50,596 nt of DNA from Escherichia phage vB-EcoS-XT34. The first letter of the stretch is position 1. Each line of letters begins with the position of its first letter. Location: the sequence record OR767160; one strand, given 5' to 3'. The notes beneath the pieces are model-generated. The model worked only from the letters and a program-made list of their open reading frames with translations, was not told the DNA's origin and did not search any database. Below, piece by piece: positions 7,910 through 17,910 of this stretch. The position numbers and the translations under genes were made by a program.

Positions 7910-8069
7910 TAATCTCGTAAACAGAAGAGGCCACCAAGTGGCAACGAGCGGTTCGTAAGCCGCAAATTGAAATAGCGCATCGCAAAAAGCAAAGTGTAAG
8001 TCGCAATACAATCGAGGCATTGTGAAAGCCTTCCGGACTCCGTAACCGGACCTAACAACGAGGTTTGAT

Positions 8070-8255
8070 ATGTTTGAGGTCAAGCTAACTATTTTGCTAA
8101 TGGGTCGCACATGCGCATCTTGTAAGCAAAACTTTGAAACAAAGGTTGAGGCCAGCAGCGCCGAAGAAGCCGTTTCAAAGGTGAAGAAAATGAGCGGAGT
8201 CGATACAACGACTCATAAATTTTTAGTTAATTATGTAAGGGGTATTTCATGCTGA
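8070..8255 (+). CDS. hypothetical protein
   Basis: 61-aa ORF with CASC motif. Confidence 0.35.
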   Translation: MFEVKLTILLMGRTCASCKQNFETKVEASSAEEAVSKVKKMSGVDTTTHKFLVNYVRGISC

Positions 8256-8470
8256 CGTTTATTTATGGTTTTATTTTCGCTTTCGTCCTGATCATTTCGT
8301 TATCTTGCTCATTGGTAGCCAAGCTAATTAAGCGAGGTCAGTTCGCTCAAGCTCGATACGATGAGAAGAAAAAGCAGTGGCGCGTATCCGGCAATTTTAT
8401 CTCTGTGTTCAACGAGATTAACGACATTCGATCGGGGCGGAAGCCTGGGGCCATCAAATACGTTGACTGA
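8249..8470 (+). CDS. hypothetical membrane-anchored protein
   Basis: 73-aa ORF with hydrophobic N-terminal segment. Confidence 0.4.
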   Translation: MLTFIYGFIFAFVLIISLSCSLVAKLIKRGQFAQARYDEKKKQWRVSGNFISVFNEINDIRSGRKPGAIKYVD

Positions 8471-8477
8471 TTCATTT

Positions 8478-8505
8478 AAGCATCCTTCGGGGTGCTTTTT
8501 TTATG
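8478..8505 (+). terminator. rho-independent terminator
   Basis: hairpin aagcatcc-ttcg-gggtgctt followed by a T tract. Confidence 0.6.
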
Positions 8506-8523
8506 CCTGCAATCTGGTATAAT
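8495..8523 (+). promoter_or_regulatory. candidate promoter with extended -10 (TGgTATAAT)
   Basis: TATAAT at 8518-8523 with TG at -15/-14, weak -35; immediately upstream of the packaging and head genes. Confidence 0.45.
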
Positions 8524-8552
8524 TCATTCCTATTCAACAAGGGGAAACAACT

Positions 8553-9071
8553 ATGAAAGACGAAAACTTCACCAGTCACGCAAACGAGAAGGTTCGAATC
8601 GGTAACTTCAAAGAGCTATACAATAAAAAGTATGGTGACATTGCCAACCTGAACCATCGTCACCCAATGACGCCTGAGACTGTATTCAACCTTGCGGTTA
8701 AATATTTCTCATGGGCCGAGGACCAGGCAATCAAGGCCATTGAAACGGCGAGCTTCCAGGGCTTTGTCACTGAGAACCTAGTGCACAAGCCGCGAGTGTT
8801 CACGCTCAACGGCTTCCAGCTTTATTGCGGCGTTACCTCCGGTGCGATCCAAAGCTGGCGCGCGTCGCCTGGATTCTCTGAGGTAATGGAGTTCATAGAC
8901 TCAGTAATTATTGAACAGAAATATCAGTTAGCTGCGTCCAACCTTATCAACGCCGGATTCGTAGGCAAAGACATTGGTATCAACAAGGCGGCAGAAGTTA
9001 ACGTGAGCAATGTTGTGAATGACAAGCAAACCATAGAGGATGCCGTGAAAAGCGTACTGGATAAGATTTGA
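8553..9071 (+). CDS. terminase small subunit (candidate)
   Basis: 172-aa ORF directly upstream of the large terminase gene; assignment by position and size only. Confidence 0.45.
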   Translation: MKDENFTSHANEKVRIGNFKELYNKKYGDIANLNHRHPMTPETVFNLAVKYFSWAEDQAIKAIETASFQGFVTENLVHKPRVFTLNGFQLYCGVTSGAIQSWRASPGFSEVMEFIDSVIIEQKYQLAASNLINAGFVGKDIGINKAAEVNVSNVVNDKQTIEDAVKSVLDKI

Positions 9072-9130
9072 TAAAATCTGACTATGTGGATAAAATAACC
9101 CCTAACAATTAATGTTTAGGGGTTTTTGCT

Positions 9131-10720
9131 ATGTCTAACAAGATATTGATTTGGGAAGATCTGACACCAAAGGAAAAGGCGGTAATAAAGGTGATGAGCG
9201 AAAGGTCGTTTAGTGACTTTATGCGCATATGGTTCGCGCTGATACAGGCTCAGAAGTTTAGATCTAACTGGCACTTCAACTACCTTTGCTGGAAGGTTGA
9301 GCAGATAATCAACGGTGAGATACAAAACATCATATTCAACATCACTCCAGGCTCCGGTAAGACTGAGATATTCTCTATACACATGCCAGTTTATTGCATG
9401 TTCAGAAGCGAGAAGATAAGGAACCTGAACCTATCGTTCTCTGATAGTTTGGTGAAGGATAACGGGATCAGGACTCGTGAAATTATAGGATCGGATGAGT
9501 TTCAGGAGCTGTGGCCATGCAAACTAGCCAAGGCGTCTGGTGGTGATATTACCGCTCTAAACCAAAAGGAAAAGGCATGGCTAACTCTAACCTCTCGCGC
9601 GATCGGTGGTCAGGTAACTGGTAAGCGTGGCGGTTATATGGATGATGGCTTCACCGGAATGCTGACGCTTGATGACCCTGAGAAGCCGAAAGACCTATAC
9701 TCAGCAGTAAAGAGAAAGGCTGGTCATACGCTGTTAAAGAACACCGTTCGATCGCGAAGAATGAATGACAAGACACCATGCGTTGTTGTCCAGCAGCGGC
9801 TACACGTAAACGATGCGACTTGGTTCCTGATGAATGGCGGTATGGGTGGGATGAAGTTTGAACAGGTAATCATTCCGGCGCTGGTAACTGAGGAATATAG
9901 AGACACGCTTCCTGACTGGTTGAAAGAGGAATTTGACAGAGACGTGCTATCGTCCCCATCGGTAATGATTGACGGTGTTGAGCACTTCTCTTTCTGGCCT
10001 GCGAAGGAAAGCGCAGAAAGCCTACTGGCGTTGCGCGAAGCTGACCTGTACACATTTGAGTCTCAGTATCAGCAGAAGCCAATCGCGCTTGGCGGTAACG
10101 CGTTTAAGTCGGACTGGTTCCAGTATTACGGCGACGGCGAAAAAGCCAACATGCCAAAACCGGATCGCTTCGAATACCTTTTTACCACTGCGGATACTGC
10201 GCAGAAGGCCGAGGAAATTCACGACTACAGCGTCTTTGTTTTGTGGGGCAAGTATAAGGATCGCGTATATTTCATCGACGGCATTCGCGGTAAGTGGGAA
10301 GCGCCGGAACTTGAAAAGATGGCCCTTAAGTTTTATGGCAACTGCTTCAAATGGGCGAAGGATAACAAGACTTCACTGCGCAAGGTTTACATTGAAGACA
10401 AGGCGAGCGGTACTGGCCTGATCCAGTCAATCAACAAGAAACTACCGATTGACATTACGCCAGTTCAGCGAAATACGGATAAGGTAACTCGCGCAATGGA
10501 CGCGGCGCCAATCATGAAAGCGGGGCGCTGTGTTTTTCCCGAGTCTCACGAAATGTTAAGTGACATGGAGGTTGAGTTGGTTTCATTCACGTTTGATGAT
10601 TCATCTCCTCACGATGACATTTGCGATAACGTCTTTGATGCTGTAAACTTTGAGATGAACATGTTGGATGATCCAGTATCTAGAATGAAGCGTTTAGCCG
10701 GATTAAGTAAGGGGATGTAA
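9131..10720 (+). CDS. terL: terminase large subunit
   Basis: 529 aa, N-terminal ATPase with Walker A TPGSGKT, C-terminal acidic nuclease-like region, followed by portal gene. Confidence 0.85.
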   Translation: MSNKILIWEDLTPKEKAVIKVMSERSFSDFMRIWFALIQAQKFRSNWHFNYLCWKVEQIINGEIQNIIFNITPGSGKTEIFSIHMPVYCMFRSEKIRNLNLSFSDSLVKDNGIRTREIIGSDEFQELWPCKLAKASGGDITALNQKEKAWLTLTSRAIGGQVTGKRGGYMDDGFTGMLTLDDPEKPKDLYSAVKRKAGHTLLKNTVRSRRMNDKTPCVVVQQRLHVNDATWFLMNGGMGGMKFEQVIIPALVTEEYRDTLPDWLKEEFDRDVLSSPSVMIDGVEHFSFWPAKESAESLLALREADLYTFESQYQQKPIALGGNAFKSDWFQYYGDGEKANMPKPDRFEYLFTTADTAQKAEEIHDYSVFVLWGKYKDRVYFIDGIRGKWEAPELEKMALKFYGNCFKWAKDNKTSLRKVYIEDKASGTGLIQSINKKLPIDITPVQRNTDKVTRAMDAAPIMKAGRCVFPESHEMLSDMEVELVSFTFDDSSPHDDICDNVFDAVNFEMNMLDDPVSRMKRLAGLSKGM

Positions 10721-10794
10721 CGCAGGGCTCAAGAAGTGAAATATATGACATTGCCAAAGGTTATCTAACATATGACGGAACTCATGTTAGATGG

Positions 10795-11244
10795 ATGATT
10801 AAGGTTAAGAAAAGTAAATTCTACCCAGGTGATATAGCTGGAACCATTGATGCTGATGGTTATGTGAGGATAACGATAGGTGGAGTGTCTATTCTTGCTC
10901 ATAGGTTTGCGTGGGAATTCGATAATGGAGACATACCAGAGGGAATGCAGATAGACCACAAAAATCACGTAAGGAACGATAATAGGAGGGAGAATCTAAG
11001 GGTTGTTACCCATAAGGATAACGGTAGGAACACGAAAAGATCTGTCAGAAATAGGAGTGGATGTGTAGGTGTTTATTGGTATGAGTCAAGGTCTAAGTGG
11101 TGGGCTTTCATTGGAAACTCAGGAAAGGGAGAGAGGAAATCACTAGGCTACTTCTCTGATTGGTTTGACGCGGTTTGCGCCAGGAAATCAGCCGAGCTCA
11201 GGCTTGGATACCATGAAAACCATGGTAAGATAGACATCAAATAA
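10795..11244 (+). CDS. HNH homing endonuclease with AP2-like domain (copy 2)
   Basis: HRFAWEF..IDHKNHVRNDNRRENLRVVT and WFDAVCARKSAELRLGYHENHG; inserted between terminase and portal genes. Confidence 0.75.
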   Translation: MIKVKKSKFYPGDIAGTIDADGYVRITIGGVSILAHRFAWEFDNGDIPEGMQIDHKNHVRNDNRRENLRVVTHKDNGRNTKRSVRNRSGCVGVYWYESRSKWWAFIGNSGKGERKSLGYFSDWFDAVCARKSAELRLGYHENHGKIDIK

Positions 11245-11251
11245 TGTATAA

Positions 11252-11279
11252 TGGCTAGGCTAACAACCTAGCCTTTTTT
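11252..11279 (+). terminator. rho-independent terminator
   Basis: hairpin ggctagg-ctaacaa-cctagcc followed by TTTTTT. Confidence 0.5.
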
Positions 11280-11295
11280 ATTGGGAGAAAAACAG

Positions 11296-12558
11296 ATGAG
11301 TAAAAAAAGCGTTAAGACCGACTCTTACAACAAGACGTTTAAGGGTGAAGGTACGGCAGGCGGCGCGCTTGCATCGCTGTATGATCAGATGTACGTGACG
11401 CAGTTTTACATTGATGATCCTATGGCTAAAAAAATTGTCGATGTGATTCCAGAAGAGATGGTCTTCCCTGGATTCGGCCTGGACGGGGTGAAGGATGAGA
11501 AGGCGTTCAAATCTTTGTGGGATGGCATGAAGCTTAACAAGCAGATTGTCGAGGCGTTCTCATGGGAGCGGCTTTATGGTGGTTCCGCTATCGTTGCCGT
11601 CGTCCGTGACAACCGACTCCTGACATCACCAATCAAGGAAGGTGCGCAGCTTGAATCAATCCGAGTGTACGAGAAAGAGCAGATCCGCATCAAGGACCGC
11701 GAGAAGAACGCACGCAACCCTCGCTATGGTATGCCGAAGATTTACACCATTAACCCTGGCGGCAGCGTACCGGAATACGACGTACACTACACGCGAATCT
11801 ATGTTAACGGCGGCGAGCGCGTACCTAACTCACTTCGCGAGCAGAATAACGATTGGGGCGCATCGGTGCTGAGTAAGGGCTTGATTGACGCCATCCTTGA
11901 CTACAACTACTGTGAAGAGCTGGCTACTCAGCTATTGCGCCGTAAGCAGCAAGGCGTATGGAAAGCTAAAGGTCTGGCGGATTTGTGCGACGATGACGAA
12001 GGGCGTTACGCGGCTCGACTGCGATTAGCTCAGGTTGATGACAATAGCGGCGTAGGCCGGACGATTGGCATTGATGCCACCGACGAAGAATACGACGTCC
12101 TTAACTCAGACATTGGCGGCGTTGATGCTTTCCTGGATAAGAAGATGGACCGCATCGTCAACTACTCGCAGATTCATGAGATAATCCTCAAGAATAAGAA
12201 CGTAGGCGGCGTGTCAGCGAGCCAGAACACAGCGCTTGAGACTTTCTACAAGATGATTGACCGCAAGCGTAACGAGTATTACAGGCCGCTTCTGGAATGG
12301 CTGGTTCCTATGATTATCCAGGAAGAGGAATGGTCAGTCCGCTTTGAGCCGTTATCAATGCCAAGCGAGAAAGAGCAGTCCGAGACGTTGAAGAATAACG
12401 TTGAGTCGCTTTCGAAGCTGTTGGCTGAGCAGGTCATTGACCGTGACGAAGCGCGTGATACACTTGAGGCAATCGCAGACTTTATCAAGATTCAAGGCCC
12501 AGCGCCGGAGATTGAAGAGATCGAGCCAACTAACCCGCAGGTGAACAACGAGGAATAA
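11296..12558 (+). CDS. portal protein
   Basis: about 420 aa, between terminase and head morphogenesis genes; start set at the ATG at 11296 (track uses an upstream TTG). Confidence 0.75.
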   Translation: MSKKSVKTDSYNKTFKGEGTAGGALASLYDQMYVTQFYIDDPMAKKIVDVIPEEMVFPGFGLDGVKDEKAFKSLWDGMKLNKQIVEAFSWERLYGGSAIVAVVRDNRLLTSPIKEGAQLESIRVYEKEQIRIKDREKNARNPRYGMPKIYTINPGGSVPEYDVHYTRIYVNGGERVPNSLREQNNDWGASVLSKGLIDAILDYNYCEELATQLLRRKQQGVWKAKGLADLCDDDEGRYAARLRLAQVDDNSGVGRTIGIDATDEEYDVLNSDIGGVDAFLDKKMDRIVNYSQIHEIILKNKNVGGVSASQNTALETFYKMIDRKRNEYYRPLLEWLVPMIIQEEEWSVRFEPLSMPSEKEQSETLKNNVESLSKLLAEQVIDRDEARDTLEAIADFIKIQGPAPEIEEIEPTNPQVNNEE

Positions 12559-12560
12559 TC

Positions 12561-13334
12561 ATGAAGGTTAACGGCATTGTAAATCAATGGAGTTACCCCG
12601 AAGCAAGCGAGCGGCAGCTTAGCCGCTCATTGTCAAACTTCGCAGGCGAGATGGCAAAGAAGGCCAGAACGCTTACTGGCGGGATGAGATTTGACGCTTC
12701 GGGCGAAGAAATCAATGACGCAGAAAGTGAGCTAGAGGAATATGCAGCCGGACTGATCGCGGCGATCGTTGCTACACTTCCTGCGATGGCCCTAACTATC
12801 TATAAGTTCAACTCAAAGCAATTTCTCAACGTGGCAAAGAAAGCAGGTGGCGGAAAGAATCAATCTGTAATATTGCTTGGTGCGCTTGGGGCAAACGCCA
12901 ATGAGTCGTGGTATAGAGAGAAGTCATCTCAATGGCGCGGTTCGGCTGAGGCGAGTATTCTAAAGTTAGCGAGAGACATTATCTCTGACTGGTCGCAAAA
13001 CCTTCGCGTCGAAAACGTGCGCAATAAAACCAGTCAGCAGATAGATGAAGTTTTAAAGCAGCGCTACAAGGTGTATACTGGCTGGACCGTGAATCGCTCA
13101 CGTGGAATTGTGTCCACCTGGAACAGCGTACTGATGCGCCAGCGCCTGGATGATGCTGGAGTAACTCACTATTTCTGGCATGGTAAACTGGATGAGCGCG
13201 AGCGATTGCAGCACGTTAAATGGGAGGGTAAGCGCATTGAGATCTCAAGTGATCATCCGTTCCCTGGCGAGCCTTACGGTTGCCGTTGTTGGGCAATTCC
13301 TGATTTTACAACATCAAACGGGGAAGTATCATGA
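12561..13334 (+). CDS. head morphogenesis or minor capsid protein (Mu F / SPP1 gp7-like)
   Basis: 257-aa ORF immediately after portal, translationally coupled. Confidence 0.6.
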   Translation: MKVNGIVNQWSYPEASERQLSRSLSNFAGEMAKKARTLTGGMRFDASGEEINDAESELEEYAAGLIAAIVATLPAMALTIYKFNSKQFLNVAKKAGGGKNQSVILLGALGANANESWYREKSSQWRGSAEASILKLARDIISDWSQNLRVENVRNKTSQQIDEVLKQRYKVYTGWTVNRSRGIVSTWNSVLMRQRLDDAGVTHYFWHGKLDERERLQHVKWEGKRIEISSDHPFPGEPYGCRCWAIPDFTTSNGEVS

Positions 13335-13388
13335 TTAATGAGGAAAATTGGGATGTTTAAATTAACTGGATTTGGAGAGGGTTAGTAT

Positions 13389-14504
13389 ATGAAAGCTAAG
13401 CAAAGGTTTGATTACCTGTTATTTAAGGCGATAAAGGATGAGAATGGATTTATTTTTGATGTCCCAGTAGTTGCAAGGGTTGGCTTACAGGAGTATACGT
13501 TAGCAGATGGCTCAACCCAGAGGGAGTTCAGGCCAGAAAGTGAGGTTTTTGATATAGACTCACTGACTAGTTACAGAGGGAAGCCAATAACACTTGGGCA
13601 CGTAACGGTAACTCCAGATAACGCAAAAGATGTTGTTGTGGGTAATTGTTCTGGAGAGGCTTTTGCTGATAGAGGTGAGGGCAAGGTAATGTGCCCGATC
13701 ACCATAATGGACTCCGATGCAATTGCTGCTGCTGAGAGCGGCAGGGCTAGAGAGTTGTCAGTAGGATACACAGTTATTGAGATTCACAGGGAAGGTTGGG
13801 GTTCAAATGCATCTGGTGAATATATTTTCAAAGACGACGTTGGGCCTGATATTAGCATCCCAGATGACTGGGTAGAGTTTGACGTTCTACAGACAAAAAT
13901 TAGGGTTAATCACGTCGCACTTGTTAGCAAGGGTCGAGCTGGTGTTGCCAGATTAAATCTTGACGGCTCAGAAGAAATTAAATATGATGAGCATGTTCAA
14001 TTAACCAATGAGGAAAGTAACATGACCGTAAAAATCAAAATTGATTCCGCAGAAGTGGAAGTGTCCAAAGACGTAGCTGACCACATCGGCAAACTGCAAA
14101 CCGCAGCAGAGCAAGCTGGCGCTAAAGTCGATGGCCTGCAAGCTGAGCGTGATGCGCTGAAAGCAAAGGTTGACGGCATTCCGGCTCAGATCGAGGCGGC
14201 TCTGGCGGAAGCAAAGGAGAAAGCTGACGCGCTGGGCGCTGTTATCGCATTAGCTTCCGGAATGGGTATCAAGTGCGACGGCCTGGACGAGAAAGCTATT
14301 AAGCTGGCAGTCATTGAAGAAGTTCTCGGCATTGACGCGAAAGAAAAATCCGACGCATACATCAATCAGTCTTATGAAATCGCACGCGATTCTGATAAGA
14401 TGGCTGCTCAACGCATTAAAGTGCACGGCGACAAAGCTGATGGCGCTCAAGGCGGCAAAGATGATGACGCGATTCCTGATCCACAGGCGCGCTTCCGTAA
14501 GTAA
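13389..14504 (+). CDS. capsid scaffolding protein, possibly with an N-terminal prohead protease domain
   Basis: 371 aa; C-terminal Ala/Lys/Glu-rich predicted coiled coil typical of scaffolds; position equivalent to lambda C/Nu3. Confidence 0.5.
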   Translation: MKAKQRFDYLLFKAIKDENGFIFDVPVVARVGLQEYTLADGSTQREFRPESEVFDIDSLTSYRGKPITLGHVTVTPDNAKDVVVGNCSGEAFADRGEGKVMCPITIMDSDAIAAAESGRARELSVGYTVIEIHREGWGSNASGEYIFKDDVGPDISIPDDWVEFDVLQTKIRVNHVALVSKGRAGVARLNLDGSEEIKYDEHVQLTNEESNMTVKIKIDSAEVEVSKDVADHIGKLQTAAEQAGAKVDGLQAERDALKAKVDGIPAQIEAALAEAKEKADALGAVIALASGMGIKCDGLDEKAIKLAVIEEVLGIDAKEKSDAYINQSYEIARDSDKMAAQRIKVHGDKADGAQGGKDDDAIPDPQARFRK

Positions 14505-14557
14505 TAAAATGGCGGTCGAAAGGCCGCTTAATCTCTAAGTGAAAAAGGAAAAATATC

Positions 14558-15070
14558 ATGGCACTAATCAAAGCTTCTTATACGGTCAACCGTTCAAAGG
14601 CATATGCTGGTCAGCTGGCTGACACTTCTCTTTACAATGTCGACGGTGCTTGCGCTGCGGCTAAAGAAATTAAGGTTGGCGTTGTTGTTGCTCTTGACCC
14701 TACCGGAAAGGTTGTTGATGGTCACAAAGTCGTAACCGACACAATCTCGGCAGAAGCACCGAATCTGGTCGGCGTCGCCATCATGTCGCACGCATACTCT
14801 CCCGAAGGGGTTTATGATGAAGGCTCAGCAATCAACGTACTGACCAACGGTCGCGCATGGGTACTATGTGCTAAAGACCTGCCGGAAGTTAACAAGGAGT
14901 TTAACAAGCAGGTTTTCCTGACAACCTCAGGCACTGTGGCGGCAACTGGTATTGGCACCGCGTACACCACTACTGGCGAATGGTTGAAGACTGACGATGA
15001 GAACTTCGACATTATCAAAATCCAGGTTACTCAAGCTCAATTCCAGCTTCCGGCAAGTCCGGCAGCTTAA
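14558..15070 (+). CDS. candidate head decoration protein
   Basis: 170-aa ORF directly upstream of the major capsid gene (lambda D-E-like order), followed by a strong terminator. Confidence 0.4.
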   Translation: MALIKASYTVNRSKAYAGQLADTSLYNVDGACAAAKEIKVGVVVALDPTGKVVDGHKVVTDTISAEAPNLVGVAIMSHAYSPEGVYDEGSAINVLTNGRAWVLCAKDLPEVNKEFNKQVFLTTSGTVAATGIGTAYTTTGEWLKTDDENFDIIKIQVTQAQFQLPASPAA

Positions 15071-15087
15071 TAGCTGAACCACAATAT

Positions 15088-15110
15088 GGAGCCGAAAGGC
15101 TCCTTTTTTA
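15088..15110 (+). terminator. rho-independent terminator
   Basis: ggagcc-gaaa-ggctcc then TTTTTT; the same 16-nt hairpin recurs at 45887. Confidence 0.7.
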
Positions 15111-15148
15111 TTGCCATGAATAGCTCAAGCGCTTAACACAAAAAGCTG

Positions 15149-15176
15149 TTGACCGTTTAACAAAAAATGCTATTAT
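15149..15176 (+). promoter_or_regulatory. candidate strong promoter for the major capsid gene (TTGACC-16-TGcTATTAT)
   Basis: -35 TTGACC at 15149-15154, extended -10 TGcTATTAT ending at 15176. Confidence 0.5.
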
Positions 15177-15223
15177 AGACTAGTGAACTTAATCACGTCT
15201 TTCTAAACCAAAAGGAACAAATT

Positions 15224-16183
15224 ATGACTATGAAACTCGACTCTTTCGAACAGAACATGATCACTACTGGTATGCGCCAGCTTGGCGTTAGCGGCAACAA
15301 GGCCGACCAGCTTGGCATCTGGACCGTTAAACAGATGACTCAGTTGCTTAAGCGTCAGTATGAAGCGGCTTACCCTGAAACTTCCGCTCTGGCCCTGTTC
15401 CCTGTCACTACTGAGATTAGCCCGACCGCTAACCTGTTCGAATATCTCAAGTTTGACGGCGTGACCATGGCGAAGATTATCGCTGACTACACCGACGACC
15501 TGCCGACTGTTGACGCTACTCACAGCCTGGAATCTGGTCGAGTTCACCGCCTCGGTAACGCGTGGCTGATTTCTATCGACGAGATCAAAACTGGTGAAGC
15601 GCTGGGTTCAAGTTTGTCAGATCGTAAAGCGACTCTGGCGCGTGAAGGTCACGAAACACTTGTTAACCAGTTGGTTTTCAAAGGCTCCAAGCCTCACAAA
15701 ATCATCTCTGTTTTCGACCATCCGAACATCACCCGTGTGACTTCTGTTGCTGGCGCGTGGGGCGATGCAGAGAAAGCAAGCGAAGAACTGACCGACCTGA
15801 TCGAGAAGATGGAAACCCTGACCAATGGTCAGCACAAGATCACCGACATCGTTATCCCGCCGTCTCAGCGTAAATTGCTCGCTAAGCGTATGCCGGAAAC
15901 CACGATGAGTTATCTGGACTGGTTCAAGTCTCAGAACGGTGGCATCACCATCTCTTCCATCTCCGAACTGGAAGACATCGACGGCGCAGGCACTAAAGCT
16001 GTACTGGCGTATGAGAAAGACCCGATGAACATGAGCATCGAGATTCCTGAGCCTTTCAACATGCTGCCGATGCAGGCGAAGGATTTGCACTTTAAAGTCC
16101 CGTGCACCTCCAAGACCACTGGTCTGATCGTATATCGTCCGCTGACGATTATCATGCTGGTTGGCCTGAAAGCTACCGCGTAA
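15224..16183 (+). CDS. major capsid protein
   Basis: 319 aa, own promoter and terminator, position after scaffold and decoration genes. Confidence 0.75.
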   Translation: MTMKLDSFEQNMITTGMRQLGVSGNKADQLGIWTVKQMTQLLKRQYEAAYPETSALALFPVTTEISPTANLFEYLKFDGVTMAKIIADYTDDLPTVDATHSLESGRVHRLGNAWLISIDEIKTGEALGSSLSDRKATLAREGHETLVNQLVFKGSKPHKIISVFDHPNITRVTSVAGAWGDAEKASEELTDLIEKMETLTNGQHKITDIVIPPSQRKLLAKRMPETTMSYLDWFKSQNGGITISSISELEDIDGAGTKAVLAYEKDPMNMSIEIPEPFNMLPMQAKDLHFKVPCTSKTTGLIVYRPLTIIMLVGLKATA

Positions 16184-16185
16184 TA

Positions 16186-16218
16186 CTGAGCCTCTGATTA
16201 ACGTCAGGGGCTTTTTTT
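16186..16218 (+). terminator. rho-independent terminator
   Basis: hairpin cctctga..tcagggg followed by CTTTTTTTG. Confidence 0.6.
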
Positions 16219-16219
16219 G

Positions 16220-16248
16220 TTGACATGCAACATTAAAACAATTACATT
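16220..16248 (+). promoter_or_regulatory. candidate sigma70 promoter (TTGACA-17-TACATT)
   Basis: consensus -35 TTGACA directly after the terminator T tract, 17-nt spacer. Confidence 0.45.
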
Positions 16249-16295
16249 GAACACCTAGGCAATACACTCGTTAAACTAATCAAAAGGAAATAAAC

Positions 16296-16568
16296 ATGGC
16301 TAAGAAAAACGTCATTAAGAACATCGGCGCTTGTCTGGTTCGTATCGAAAAGCAAGATTTGAAACCTGATGACACTCTGGAGGTAACAGAGGAGCAAATC
16401 AAATCCCAGGCGTTTAAATACCTATTCTTACGCAAGAACATTGAATTTGACGATGATCCGAAGCGCACGCGTGAGTACATCGCTGAAATCAAAAAGGCCG
16501 CGAAGGTTAAGCCGGAAAAAGAATTGAAAGATATTGAAGATCTTGAAACTGGCAAGGAATACAAATAA
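16296..16568 (+). CDS. hypothetical Lys/Glu-rich protein
   Basis: 90-aa ORF with own promoter and terminator inside the head module. Confidence 0.4.
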   Translation: MAKKNVIKNIGACLVRIEKQDLKPDDTLEVTEEQIKSQAFKYLFLRKNIEFDDDPKRTREYIAEIKKAAKVKPEKELKDIEDLETGKEYK

Positions 16569-16573
16569 CCTAT

Positions 16574-16600
16574 AGGGGCGCTGATGCGTCCCTTTTTTTT
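16574..16600 (+). terminator. rho-independent terminator
   Basis: ggggcgc-tgat-gcgtccc followed by TTTTTTTT. Confidence 0.6.
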
Positions 16601-16617
16601 AACATGAGGAAGCTACT

Positions 16618-17031
16618 ATGAATGAAGATCAGACTAAGGCGTTCGAATTTATGTGCCAGCTGGCCCCAGCATTACGAAAGGTTGATAGCGTCACCTTCCT
16701 AGCTTGGATGATGCTGGCTGAGTCATTCGTGTGCAATAATAAATTCGGTGCTGACTATTACAAAGCACTGGCCCTGTACACCATGCACTTGATGTTTTTG
16801 GATGGTGCAATGAAGGGAGAGAATGAAAGTCTGGAGAACTACTCACGGCGAGTAACGTCATTCTCCCTGAGCGGTGAATTTTCGACTGGCTACGGATCTG
16901 TAACTCAGAACACTGATGGTCGTCAGATTACACAAACCCCATGGGGCAAAATGTACGACGTTATCAACAAGAAGAAAGGCGGCGGCTTCGGCCTTATCTC
17001 TGGTATTCGGGCGCGGGGGTGTGTGCGATGA
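16618..17031 (+). CDS. head-tail connector protein (candidate)
   Basis: 137-aa ORF between capsid and tail genes. Confidence 0.4.
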   Translation: MNEDQTKAFEFMCQLAPALRKVDSVTFLAWMMLAESFVCNNKFGADYYKALALYTMHLMFLDGAMKGENESLENYSRRVTSFSLSGEFSTGYGSVTQNTDGRQITQTPWGKMYDVINKKKGGGFGLISGIRARGCVR

Positions 17032-17408
17032 TTGATTATAACGAAGTCCAAAGGCTTACCGATCAGGGGATTAATGCCTTCTCTGGAAACGATGAGGTCG
17101 GATTCGACATCATCATCTCTGGTGGCGGCGTCCAAATGGTTGACGGTGAAGAGGTGAAAGTACCGGAGGTTCTCGGCAAAGTTTTCGGCGCTGTACGAGC
17201 GATCAGCTATCACATGATTGATGGCGAATCTATCAGGCTGGGAGACAAGCGCGCATTCTTCTCTAACGTCACACCGATTGAGAACGGGATGATTATCATC
17301 CTTGAGGGCCAGCACTGGCGAGTCGTTGACAATCGACCAGTTAACCCGACTCAATCTCACGTTATCGCATACCGTCCGATCTTGCGTAAGGTAGCGGCGC
17401 ATGGCTAA
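17028..17408 (+). CDS. head-tail adaptor or head closure protein (candidate)
   Basis: internal ATG at 17028 overlapping the upstream stop; 127 aa. Confidence 0.4.
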   Translation: MIDYNEVQRLTDQGINAFSGNDEVGFDIIISGGGVQMVDGEEVKVPEVLGKVFGAVRAISYHMIDGESIRLGDKRAFFSNVTPIENGMIIILEGQHWRVVDNRPVNPTQSHVIAYRPILRKVAAHG

Positions 17409-17844
17409 CTATATCGTTAGGAAATTCCAGGGCGATATAGAGAAGTGGATTAAGCAGGTAAAATCAGGCCTTGATGACGTTATTCGTGAGTTCGTCAAGG
17501 CTGTACACGCCGATTTAGTTAAAGGCTCTCCAGTCGATACAGGACGATTTAGAGCTAACTGGCAGATAACCTATAACCACATCCCAATGTACGCGCTGAA
17601 TGAGTATGACAAATCCGGTAACGCTACCATTGCAGCAGGCATACGAACAGCTAACGCATTGCCGTTAGGTCGTGGCGGCGCGGTAACTACCATCTATTTT
17701 TCTAACATGCTGATCTATGCAAATGCTCTGGAGTACGGACATTCACAGCAAGCTCCAGCTGGTGTGCTTGGTCTAGTGGCTATCCGGTTGAGATCTTACA
17801 TGGCAGAAGCAATTATTGAATCAAGGAATAAAAATGGTTTATGA
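17401..17844 (+). CDS. neck or tail completion protein (HK97 gp10-like)
   Basis: 147 aa with DTGRFRANW motif. Confidence 0.5.
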   Translation: MANYIVRKFQGDIEKWIKQVKSGLDDVIREFVKAVHADLVKGSPVDTGRFRANWQITYNHIPMYALNEYDKSGNATIAAGIRTANALPLGRGGAVTTIYFSNMLIYANALEYGHSQQAPAGVLGLVAIRLRSYMAEAIIESRNKNGL

Positions 17845-17910
17845 CGATTATGACCTGGCGGTCGCGGCGCGCAAGGCGCTTATGGTGAGTTTGGTAGTCG
17901 ATTCCCGATC

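Noticed and set aside
7920-8000. Possible tRNA in the 7881-8069 non-coding region (GGTTCGTAAGCC resembles a T-arm)
   Set aside because: No acceptor stem, D-arm or anticodon arm could be built around it; kept as a structured-leader observation instead.
9116-9382. 88-aa minus-strand ORF overlapping the terminase start
   Set aside because: Antisense to the terminase gene and to its promoter region, without start signals.
11245-11252. TATAAT hexamer right after the HNH gene stop
   Set aside because: No -35 or TG motif at the right spacing, and it sits just before a terminator hairpin, so it is probably chance.
15617-16267. 216-aa minus-strand ORF antisense to the major capsid gene
   Set aside because: It lies entirely within a well-supported + strand gene, has no RBS, and looks like a typical antisense open frame of GC-rich coding sequence.
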